Origin: Armatimonadota bacterium
GTDB lineage: Bacteria > Armatimonadota > Armatimonadia > Armatimonadales > Armatimonadaceae
DNA length: 54,442 bases
NCBI GenBank assembly: GCA_043754515.1
Contig: JAYUUO010000041.1
Location: 1-54,442, forward strand
Direction of reading: 5' to 3'
The translations under genes and the position numbers were made by a program. Positions 1 through 8,003 of the stretch are shown here, piece by piece (the stretch's first letter is position 1; every line of letters starts with the position of its first letter). The notes below the pieces were generated by a model. The model did no database searches. It saw nothing but the letters and a program-made list of their open reading frames with translations, and was not told the origin of the DNA.

Positions 1-89
1 GGGTTCCGGGAACCCGACGCCCCCGCCATGCTACCCGATGCCCTCCCCCACCCGCCTACCCGATGTTGCCCCGACGCGCCCGTCCGCCA

Positions 90-1118
90 TCATTCCTTCC
101 CCATGCCACTTTCGCCGACGCGCCGCGCGAGGAATCGCTCAAACCAGGCGGGCGCGATCCGGCCCAGCCAGCCCCAGCGCGACAGCAGGTAGACGCGCCG
201 CGTCGCGGGCGATAGCCGGAACCACTTCCGGTGCCTGCACCAGTAATAGTAGGCGCAGACGCCGTTGAGGAGGAGCGCGATCCCGGCGAAGACCCAGAAC
301 GAACCCCAGCCGCCCGGCGAGTGTAGAGCGTCGAGCAAGAGGAGCACGGCGATCAGCAGAAACGCCGGTGCCCAGACCAGAAACCCGAGCGGCGATACGG
401 TCGCGATCCCCACCGATATTCTCCCGTCCAGATATTGCCCGGCGGATCGAGCGGCGAGTATCCGAACTTCGGCCTGTGCCGGGTCGAGTTCGAGCGAGCG
501 GGTCGCCGCGTCCGCCGCCTTTTCGTACTGGCCGGAGTTGAACAGGGCGGCGGCGAGGTTATGGAGCGGGAGGGGGCGGGCGGCGTCACGCTTGAGTGCC
601 TCGCGCGAGAGCCGCTCCGCGTCGCGCCACCATTGGTGTGCGAAGGCGACCGAGGCGAGCATCTCGTACGTCTCGGCATCGTCGGGGTACAGCGTGTGTA
701 GCCGTTCCGAGACGGCGCGCGCCTCATGTAGTGCCCCGTTCTTGAGCAGGGCGTTGGTCAGCGTGATGAGTGCCTGTCGGCCTTCCGGCATCAGTGTGGC
801 GGCCTCGCGCGCCGCCAGCAGTGCCGCCCGCTTATCGTACTTGAGGAGCGCGATGGAGCGCAAACGGTGGGGCCACTCGTTCTCGGGGGCGTGCGCGATG
901 GCCTGGTCCGCGAGCGCGATGGTCTGCCCCGGCTCGCCCAGGTTCAGGTACGTCGCGGCGAGTTGGCAGAGTACGTTCGCGTCATCCGGTTGCCGCGCCA
1001 GCAAGCCGTGGAGCAGTGCCGCCGCCTCCCGGTGCCGATCCAGCTCGGACAGGAGTTGCGCCTTACGCAGGATACGCCAGCGTTCCATCGTCGCCTCGGA
1101 GGGGTCGGGATTGTTCAT
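90..1118 (-). CDS. TPR-repeat protein with C-terminal transmembrane helices (paralog 1)
   Basis: Likely start MNNPDPSEA at 1118; the longer ORF extension overlaps the paralog. Helical TPR-like units (LSELDRHREAAALL..., YEKAADAATRSLELDP) are followed by hydrophobic segments. Confidence 0.8.
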   Translation of the reverse strand: MNNPDPSEATMERWRILRKAQLLSELDRHREAAALLHGLLARQPDDANVLCQLAATYLNLGEPGQTIALADQAIAHAPENEWPHRLRSIALLKYDKRAALLAAREAATLMPEGRQALITLTNALLKNGALHEARAVSERLHTLYPDDAETYEMLASVAFAHQWWRDAERLSREALKRDAARPLPLHNLAAALFNSGQYEKAADAATRSLELDPAQAEVRILAARSAGQYLDGRISVGIATVSPLGFLVWAPAFLLIAVLLLLDALHSPGGWGSFWVFAGIALLLNGVCAYYYWCRHRKWFRLSPATRRVYLLSRWGWLGRIAPAWFERFLARRVGESGMGKE

Positions 1119-1129
1119 CGTCCTATGCT

Positions 1130-2116
1130 CTATGCCGTCTGCCGCGCGATCAGCGCGTCGAACTCGCGCGGCGCGACGTTCCGGAGCGAACTCCAGCGTG
1201 TGATGAGATAAAGGCGGCGCACGGCCGGGGAGAGCGCCCGCCACCTCTGGTACCGCCGGAAGAGCAGGAACACGCTGAACAGACTCGCGAGCGCGGCGAT
1301 TCCTATGACCGGTTCGGCCCCCGCCGTAGCGCCGTCGAACACCGAAAACAACAGTATCAGCCAGAGGAATAACGGGAACAGTATCATTCCTGCCGTGAGT
1401 TTGTACGGGACGCCTGGCCCGAGCGTGCTGTCCAGATGCGCCCCGGCGGCGCACGCCGCCATGTTCCGCGTCGCGGCGCGGGTCGGATCCAGTTCCGTGG
1501 CGCGGGCGAACGATTCCGCCGACTCGCCGTACTGCTTCCGGTTGAAGAGCACCGCGCCCAGGTTGTAATGCGCCGACGGGCTCGCGGCGAATCGCTTGAG
1601 CGACTCGCGGGACAGCCGCTCCGCGTCGCCCCACCATTCGTGTGCGAAGGCGACCGAGGCGAGCGTGTCCTGCGTCGCGGCGTCGTCGGGATACAGCGCG
1701 TGCAGTCTCTCCGCTGTCTGCCATGCCTCCCGCCAGAAGCCGTTGGCGAGTAGCGCGTGTGCCAGATTTTGTAGCGTCTGCCGCGACTCCGGCATCCGGG
1801 CGACCGCCTCCCGCGCCGAGATCAGTGCCGCCTCATGATCCGACTGGATCAGGGCTATCGAGCGCAGGCGGTGCCCCCACTCCTCGTCCGGGGCGCAAGC
1901 GACGGCGCGATCCGCCCACGCCAACGCCTCGGCGGGCTGATCCAGTTCGAGATGCTCGCCCGCCAGGAGGCAGAGGACGTGGTCGTCGTCGGGTGCCCGC
2001 GCGACGAGTTTCTGCAAAACGGCGATTGCTTCCCGGTGTCGGTTCAACTCGGAGAGTAGCCGCGCCCGTTCCAGTGCCTGCCAGCGTTCCCCGCCATGAT
2101 ACGTCGTGTTTTGCAT
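1130..2116 (-). CDS. TPR-repeat protein with C-terminal transmembrane helices (paralog 2)
   Basis: Co-linear with 90..1118 (LSELNRHREA, LASVAFAHEWWGDAERLSRE). Shared DNA block GTGCGAAGGCGACCGAGGCGAGC. Confidence 0.85.
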   Translation of the reverse strand: MQNTTYHGGERWQALERARLLSELNRHREAIAVLQKLVARAPDDDHVLCLLAGEHLELDQPAEALAWADRAVACAPDEEWGHRLRSIALIQSDHEAALISAREAVARMPESRQTLQNLAHALLANGFWREAWQTAERLHALYPDDAATQDTLASVAFAHEWWGDAERLSRESLKRFAASPSAHYNLGAVLFNRKQYGESAESFARATELDPTRAATRNMAACAAGAHLDSTLGPGVPYKLTAGMILFPLFLWLILLFSVFDGATAGAEPVIGIAALASLFSVFLLFRRYQRWRALSPAVRRLYLITRWSSLRNVAPREFDALIARQTA

Positions 2117-2154
2117 GAAACCGTGTTGCCCCCCATCTTATTCAATCGGATGAA

Positions 2155-2322
2155 ATCGGTAATCCGAGTGACCCGTTTCGCGGGTTCGTCGCGAAGAAAC
2201 TGCCCTCGGTCTGTGGGTAACTCCGTTACCGGACGGCCCCGGACGGGCAGAGGCGGGCGTCGGAGAGCCAAACCGCTTAAGTCCTCGGAGAAACATGAAC
2301 CCCGGAGTACCGTTGCCTCGCG
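2155..2322 (-). ncRNA. candidate structured RNA (ncRNA or 5' leader; 6S-like not excluded)
   Basis: TAATAT -10 box at 2329-2334 (minus strand). Nested complementary segments 2157-2161/2308-2312, 2163-2168/2284-2289, 2171-2175/2181-2185, 2200-2205/2245-2250 and 2216-2221/2225-2230. G-U pairs favour the minus strand. Confidence 0.35.
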
Positions 2323-2428
2323 AGGAGAATATTACCCTGATTTGTCCTTCCGCGACTACGAAGAAAGCCGCGCCCGTCTCACCCGCCGCATTTGATGTGG
2401 GCGCGGGCTACCCCGCCTGCCCGCGCGG

Positions 2429-3019
2429 TCAAGGGGCATTACGAGCGCAGGACGCGCACACGTAGTCAAGCGCGCCGAGTAGGTCGGGGAGCGCACTGAC
2501 CGTGTACAGCCCGCTCTCGTGTACCGTCCCCGCCACTTCGCGCCGGTAGAACTGCCAGACCTGACCGTTGCTAACGATGCCGTATACGTCCGGGTCTACA
2601 CCATCCGCCCGGTTTTGCGACACACACGCCGCGATCTCAACCAGGCACTGCGCCCGCCCCTGTACGAAATCATCCCTCTTTGCCTCCGCGACGCAAAGCA
2701 GTGGCGTGGCGAGGTACGCCCGCTTCGGCGCGATCACGTAGTCCGCGACGCCGGTGAGGGTGTCGGTTTCGAGTGGTGCCGACTTCCATACTTTCAGGTT
2801 CGGGTAGCGCGGCACGATCTCGGCGAACAGCGCGTCGAGAAGCAGTAGTTTCGCGGCCTCGGAGTTCTCGAGGTCGAACGCATCGAACCGGCGCATGTCC
2901 TCGGCCAGATGGTCGCTGGCGGGGAGAGAGTTGCCCGGCATTACCCACGGCACGAACGACTGCACCCGCAAGAGTTGCAGGGCGTCCTTCAAAGTGAAAC
3001 CGGAGTGCTTGCGCCGCAT
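2429..3019 (-). CDS. PD-(D/E)XK / HsdR-N-like hypothetical protein (cyanobacterial-type family)
   Basis: Motifs GVADYVIA, VAEAKRDDF.QG.AQC and YGIVSNGQVWQF. Start placed at MRRKH, 5 nt below a TACAAT box. Confidence 0.65.
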   Translation of the reverse strand: MRRKHSGFTLKDALQLLRVQSFVPWVMPGNSLPASDHLAEDMRRFDAFDLENSEAAKLLLLDALFAEIVPRYPNLKVWKSAPLETDTLTGVADYVIAPKRAYLATPLLCVAEAKRDDFVQGRAQCLVEIAACVSQNRADGVDPDVYGIVSNGQVWQFYRREVAGTVHESGLYTVSALPDLLGALDYVCASCARNAP

Positions 3020-3114
3020 GAGGCATTGTACCGGAACGCGCCGGTGCGCGGCGTTGTTCACGGTAAAAGCGGCAGCGAGCCGCAATTATGGAGAGAGCGT
3101 GTTAATGCTCAAAC

Positions 3115-3663
3115 CTAAGGTAAGTCTACGATCCACAGACGCAGGTGAATGGGTTGGGGAAAGTTCGACGGCAGGTGCGGTGGTGAAAACGGGAGGGGCG
3201 ACACCTCGGCAAGCGACGTCTCCAGCAGGTCATGCTGTATGCCGTACTCGATTGCCAACTTGAGGTATCGGCGCAGTAAGAGAAGCGGCGGGAACTGCCC
3301 TTTTCTTTGTAGCCACGCCAGTAGATCGGTCGCTCCTTTGGAGCTATTGCAGGAGCGGCATGCCCAGACCATGTTCTCCCCCACGTTTTCGCCGCCCTTA
3401 CTTCGCGGCAGAAGATGGTCAACCGTCAAGTCTGTTGTGCTACCGCAGTAACAGCAACTCTGTGGCAGAACAAGTTTTAGCCGCTCGTCTTCAGCAAGTG
3501 CGCCGATATTGAGCGTGCTTTTGCGGAACCCGCTGTACAAACGACTACGGATCATATAGTGTCCTTGATTGTACACGGTGTCGCCGCGTCCCAAGGCGGC
3601 GTGAGCCATCCCTAAGTTTGCATACGACCAGTGTAATGACTCGCCGACCGTCTGTATTTTCAT
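3115..3663 (-). CDS. HNH endonuclease
   Basis: CCYCG...TVDHLLPRSKGG...N.VWACRSCNSSKG. Visibly more AT-rich than its neighbours. Confidence 0.88.
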   Translation of the reverse strand: MKIQTVGESLHWSYANLGMAHAALGRGDTVYNQGHYMIRSRLYSGFRKSTLNIGALAEDERLKLVLPQSCCYCGSTTDLTVDHLLPRSKGGENVGENMVWACRSCNSSKGATDLLAWLQRKGQFPPLLLLRRYLKLAIEYGIQHDLLETSLAEVSPLPFSPPHLPSNFPQPIHLRLWIVDLP

Positions 3664-3830
3664 ATCGTTCGCATTGCGTCGGGGCTATCGTGCGCCATCT
3701 CGGTGAGAGCGTGGGGCGGCAATGATGTCGCGAAGCATAAGGCGGTTGTGTATGCGCACTGGTATCCGTCCCTTACCTACAGCAACTGTCCTTCCAGCAC
3801 TCACCGCGCTCGTAGATTTTCCAGCACAGC

Positions 3831-4664
3831 TCAGCCCATCATCTGCGCGTCGGTGAACGCACGGCTCGCGTCCACGGAAACCACGATCACATGACCGGCG
3901 AAAACATCGCCGTCGTTGTACCAGAGGCTCGCCTCGCCGCTCGAATCGAACGTGATCTCGGACAGCGTGATGCGCCCCGCGAACGACGCGGCGGTGATCG
4001 CCTCCGGTTCCTCGTCCTCGTCGCGCCAATCCTCGGCAAGTTCAAACATCTGGCTTGCGGCGTAGGCGCGGGCGTTCGGCTCGTTCTCGCGCACCCAGGT
4101 CACGAAGTCCGCGCCGGTTTCAATCGCCGCGTCGTCGCCCGCGTCGTTCGGCGTTATCGAAATGCTGACCGTATCCTCCGGCGCGAAATCAATCGCGGCG
4201 TTCCACTGCGCGAAGTTGTCGTCCCATGTCAGGGTGCCGAGAACCGGGTTTGTCCGCGACCCTTTGCCTGACGCTTGTTTTGTCGCCGGACGTTCTCCGG
4301 CAAACCGCGACAGCGTTTTCACCGGGGCGTAACTCTCGTCAATGCGCTCCGGTTGCTCCCCGAAGATCCGCGCCCCGCCGATCCGTAGCATGTCACTGGC
4401 CAGTTCGTAGCACTCAGGGAAGGTGCGCTGGAACGGCACCCCCTTTTTGTCCGCGTAGGCATACATTGTGTCGAATCGCTTCGGCGTCGTGGTCTCGTCA
4501 AGAACGAATGTCACCCAGGTGCCACCGTCCACGCGGGCCGGATCAATCTCTTGCATTTCGTCGCCGCGAAACTCGATGTGCGTCGCGCCGTAGCCGACCA
4601 TGTTCCCGCCGTGCCGCATGGATTCTATTTTCCACAAACCCTGTAAATCGTCGAAATCGCTCAT
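3831..4664 (-). CDS. TIGR03067-like domain fused to DUF2262-like domain
   Basis: N-terminus DLQGLWKIES...LDETTTPKRFD...CYEL..D.LRI; C-terminus LWYNDGDVFAGHVIVV. Confidence 0.6.
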   Translation of the reverse strand: MSDFDDLQGLWKIESMRHGGNMVGYGATHIEFRGDEMQEIDPARVDGGTWVTFVLDETTTPKRFDTMYAYADKKGVPFQRTFPECYELASDMLRIGGARIFGEQPERIDESYAPVKTLSRFAGERPATKQASGKGSRTNPVLGTLTWDDNFAQWNAAIDFAPEDTVSISITPNDAGDDAAIETGADFVTWVRENEPNARAYAASQMFELAEDWRDEDEEPEAITAASFAGRITLSEITFDSSGEASLWYNDGDVFAGHVIVVSVDASRAFTDAQMMG

Positions 4665-4709
4665 GGTTTTGCTCTCGAGGTAGCTCCACCCTACCTACCG
4701 CATCCGCCC

Positions 4710-6005
4710 TTACAACATCCTTCGCGCCCGCAGATACTCCAGCAGGTCGTCGTACACCCCGCCCTCGTTCGAGAACTGCGCGTAGTTCTTCGCCGTGTCG
4801 AACCAGGCCCGCACCGACGTCTTGACCTCTTTCAGGGCGCGGGCGTAGTCGGCGTTCCCGATCGGGCGTGCCTTACCGGACCGGATCGAATCTTCCAGGG
4901 CGTTCTCCGCCGCGCTGTCGCACAGGTGGACTATATCCGCGCCGCTGTAATCCTCGGTGCTTTTCGCGAGCTGGTTGAAGTCAATGTCGCTCCCCAGGGG
5001 GCGGCCCTCGGAGCCGGAGCGCAGGATAGCGGCGCGGGCGGGCAGGTCGGGCGGTAGCACGAGCAGGGTGCGGTCGAAGCGTCCGGGGCGGCGCAGGGCG
5101 GAGTCAACATCCCATGGGTGGTTCGTCGCGGAGAGCACGAAAACGCCCTCGTTGTCCGCGCCGATGCCGTCGAGTTCGTGCAGGAACTGGTTCACCACGT
5201 CGCGGGTCGCCGAATCGCGGCGCAGACTGCGCTTGCGCCCCAGCGCGTCTATCTCGTCGAAGAAGAGCACGCAGGGGCGGTTCCGGCGTGCCTCCTGGAA
5301 CAGCTCGTGCAGGTTGCGCTCGCTCTGCCCGATGTACATGTCTAGCACGTCGGCAAGCCCCACCGAGATGAAATGCGCCGACAACTCCCCGGCGATGGCA
5401 CGCGCCACGAACGTCTTGCCGCAGCCGGGCGGGCCGTAGAGGAGTAGCCCGCCACGCAGAGACTTGTTGTACATGGCGCGTAATTCCGGGTTCTGTAGCG
5501 GCCCCAGAAAGGCGACCTGTAGCCGCCGCTTCACCGTTTCCATCCCAGCCACATCCGACAGCTTGATGCGCGGCACCTCGTTTTCGGCGGGCAGGTCACT
5601 ACCGGACAGCGGGTCGCCGTCCCCGCCGCCCCCGAATAACGGCATCGGGATCATCTCGCTGTCGGGGATCCACTCTTCGGGCGGCATGCCGGGCGGTGGG
5701 CCTTGCGGCTTGCGGACCACGACGGGTGGGGCGGGCGGCGGCGTGGTGCCTGACAGGGCGTTGTGCAGAGCGCGGTAGCCGGGGGCGCGAGGATCACCCG
5801 TCGCCTCGGCGGCGCGGGCGGCGACCGCTAGCGCGGCGACATTGGCCGGGTCGCCCCCGAGTAGCGTCACGCTCTGTTCGAGCGCGTCCGCGAACCGCTC
5901 CGATTGGAGGAGCAGTTCGGCGTAGTGCAGGCGGAGCGCGGCGTTCGCGGGGTCGGCGTCGAGCGCGGCGCGTAAAACGGTGAGAATAGTCGGGTCTGTG
6001 GTCAC
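4710..6005 (-). CDS. classical-clade AAA ATPase with N-terminal TPR and Pro-rich linker
   Basis: Walker A GPPGCGKT, pore loop MYIGQSE, Walker B LFFDEID, SRH ATNHPWDVDSALRRPGRFD, and YSGADI. Confidence 0.92.
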   Translation of the reverse strand: MTTDPTILTVLRAALDADPANAALRLHYAELLLQSERFADALEQSVTLLGGDPANVAALAVAARAAEATGDPRAPGYRALHNALSGTTPPPAPPVVVRKPQGPPPGMPPEEWIPDSEMIPMPLFGGGGDGDPLSGSDLPAENEVPRIKLSDVAGMETVKRRLQVAFLGPLQNPELRAMYNKSLRGGLLLYGPPGCGKTFVARAIAGELSAHFISVGLADVLDMYIGQSERNLHELFQEARRNRPCVLFFDEIDALGRKRSLRRDSATRDVVNQFLHELDGIGADNEGVFVLSATNHPWDVDSALRRPGRFDRTLLVLPPDLPARAAILRSGSEGRPLGSDIDFNQLAKSTEDYSGADIVHLCDSAAENALEDSIRSGKARPIGNADYARALKEVKTSVRAWFDTAKNYAQFSNEGGVYDDLLEYLRARRML

Positions 6006-6043
6006 TCCCGTATTTTCACCACGCCGCGCGAAAAACCTCCCGC

Positions 6044-6072
6044 TTGACTACCGCGCCCACTTTTCGTATAAT
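6044..6072 (+). promoter_or_regulatory. sigma70-type promoter of nth
   Basis: TTGACT-N17-TATAAT, with the ATG 8 nt downstream. Confidence 0.75.
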
Positions 6073-6080
6073 CGTCCCGT

Positions 6081-6899
6081 ATGGCAAGGCTGATAAGGGC
6101 GGCGGGCACGGTGGCCGAAAGGGACGCGGCTGGCGCGGACGAGACGCGGGAGCGGGAGCGCAAAGCCGAATGGGTGTGCGAGCGGCTCGACGGTGAGTAC
6201 GGAACGCTGGAGTGGCGGTCGCACGGCGAGCCGCTTGGTGCCCTCGTGATGACGATCCTGTCCCAGCATACGTCCGACAAGAACAGCGAGCGGGCGTACG
6301 ACAATCTGCGCGACGCCTACCCGACGTGGGACGGCGTGCGCGAGGCACCGGTGGGCGACATAGCGGACACGATCCGTTCGGGAGGGCTTGCCGACGCGAA
6401 GGCACCGCGCATCAAGAACGTGCTCGGCGCGATCCACGCGGATACCGGCGCGACGCACCTGGAGTTTCTGCGCGAGATGCCGACCGATGAGGCGCGGGCG
6501 TACTTGCTCGGGTTCCACGGGGTCGGGCCGAAGACGATGGCGTGCGTGCTGATGTTCTCGCTGGGCCGTCCGGTGCTACCGGTAGACACGCATGTTTTTC
6601 GCGTCTCGCACCGGCTGGGGCTGATCCCGAAGCGCATCGGAGAGGCGAAGGCGCACGACGCGCTGGAGAAGTTGCTGAAGCCGGAGCGCGTGTACCCGTT
6701 CCACGTCCACATGATCCGGCACGGTCGGCGGGTCTGTGTCGCGCGGGGGCCGCGCTGTTCGCTGTGCGTACTCGCGGATCAATGCGACTACTACCGGAGC
6801 GGCGGCGTGGCGGGCGCGGGCCAGGTCGGGGGCGCGGCGGAGGTCGAAACGCGGCACGGAATGAAGGCCGAAACGACCGCCTTGCTGGATGTCGTATAA
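6081..6899 (+). CDS. nth: endonuclease III (HhH-GPD glycosylase, 4Fe-4S)
   Basis: ILSQHTSD, GVGPKT, PVDTHVFRV and the C-X6-C-X2-C-X5-C cluster. Confidence 0.9.
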   Translation: MARLIRAAGTVAERDAAGADETRERERKAEWVCERLDGEYGTLEWRSHGEPLGALVMTILSQHTSDKNSERAYDNLRDAYPTWDGVREAPVGDIADTIRSGGLADAKAPRIKNVLGAIHADTGATHLEFLREMPTDEARAYLLGFHGVGPKTMACVLMFSLGRPVLPVDTHVFRVSHRLGLIPKRIGEAKAHDALEKLLKPERVYPFHVHMIRHGRRVCVARGPRCSLCVLADQCDYYRSGGVAGAGQVGGAAEVETRHGMKAETTALLDVV

Positions 6900-6904
6900 T
6901 AAGC

Positions 6905-7201
6905 ATGATGAACGAATCCTGGGTGCTGATCGAGACGGCGGGCGAGAGCGTCGGGGCGGAACTCGCGCGTGGCTCGCTCGAGGCGGACGGTATCGCGGTG
7001 GTGGTGCGCGAGCGCGATAGTCTCGGCGCGGCCATGTCGGTGTACTCGTTCCATCAGAACCGGGTTTATGATCTGTATGTCGCGCCGGAAGACGCCGAGG
7101 ATGCCCGCGCCCTGATCGCGGCGTATGGAAACGGGCGCACGGAGTTGTCGGACGCGGAACTGGACGCGGCGGCGAGTGCCGCCTACGACGAGCGCGTTTA
7201 G
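6905..7201 (+). CDS. DUF2007-like putative signal-transducing protein
   Basis: AELARGSLEADGIAVVV...LYVAPEDAEDARALI pattern. Confidence 0.7.
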   Translation: MMNESWVLIETAGESVGAELARGSLEADGIAVVVRERDSLGAAMSVYSFHQNRVYDLYVAPEDAEDARALIAAYGNGRTELSDAELDAAASAAYDERV

Positions 7202-7242
7202 ACGTATCAATCCGACGGGGTTCGTGAAACCGGGTTCGCGAA

Positions 7243-7941
7243 ATGAAGGGGATTTGTTGTAGCGTGACGAAAATTAAACGAAATGGTTGGTGGCTTTCGC
7301 TGGTTACAGGGCTGACATTGCTCGCCCCTATCATGGCGATGGCGCAGAAACCGGTGCCGTCGCGGAGCGCGGTGCCCCCGCAAGTGAGCCGGGCGAATCT
7401 GGCGAAGTCGGCGGCGTTCACAGTGACCAGTGTGCTGTCGCCGAACGGCGGCTCGAAGGTGACGCAGACGTTCCGGGTCGAAGTCAAAGGGAACAAGGCG
7501 CGGCTGGACTATTCGGACCCGGCGACCGGCGAGGTGCGCTACCTGGCGAACGACGGCGGGGTCTTCTTCGTGATCCCGGCGAATAAGACCGCCGTGAAGC
7601 AGAATGTCAAAGGCGGGGTCGAACAAGCGTTGCAAGTCGCGTTCTCGCAGGCGAACGAGGAACTGCGCGGCGCGAAGAAGATCGGCGAGGTGTCGGTGAA
7701 CGGGATGCCGACCGATATATACAAGGATGTCAAAACCGGCACCACGATCTATGTGGGCAAGAGGCCGGGGTTCCGGCTTCCGGTAAAGACGCTGATCGCT
7801 AACGAAGGCGGGACGCGCACGGTGCTCGTGACGAATATCAGGATTAACCCCGTACTCGCGGACGCGCGTTTCGCGCTTCCTGCCGGGATGCGGATCGTTG
7901 ACGGTGGGAACAGTCCGGTGGGCGCGTCGGGCCCCCATTAG
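7243..7941 (+). CDS. secreted LolA-like / DUF4412-like protein
   Basis: Signal peptide; VKGNKARLDY, G.VSVNG, NIRINPVLADARFALPAG. Confidence 0.65.
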   Translation: MKGICCSVTKIKRNGWWLSLVTGLTLLAPIMAMAQKPVPSRSAVPPQVSRANLAKSAAFTVTSVLSPNGGSKVTQTFRVEVKGNKARLDYSDPATGEVRYLANDGGVFFVIPANKTAVKQNVKGGVEQALQVAFSQANEELRGAKKIGEVSVNGMPTDIYKDVKTGTTIYVGKRPGFRLPVKTLIANEGGTRTVLVTNIRINPVLADARFALPAGMRIVDGGNSPVGASGPH

Positions 7942-8003
7942 AACAACGGGCGGACGGGCGCGAGGACCTGGGGGACAGGCGCGAAAGGAATGCGAGACGT
8001 TTT

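Noticed and set aside
31..65. Direct repeat CTACCCGATG, two copies, at the window start
   Set aside because: Only two short copies at the edge of the window; not enough to call.
1119..1724. N-terminal 200 aa of the 544-aa ORF 90..1724
   Set aside because: It overlaps the paralog 1130..2116 in another frame and is Arg-rich shadow sequence.
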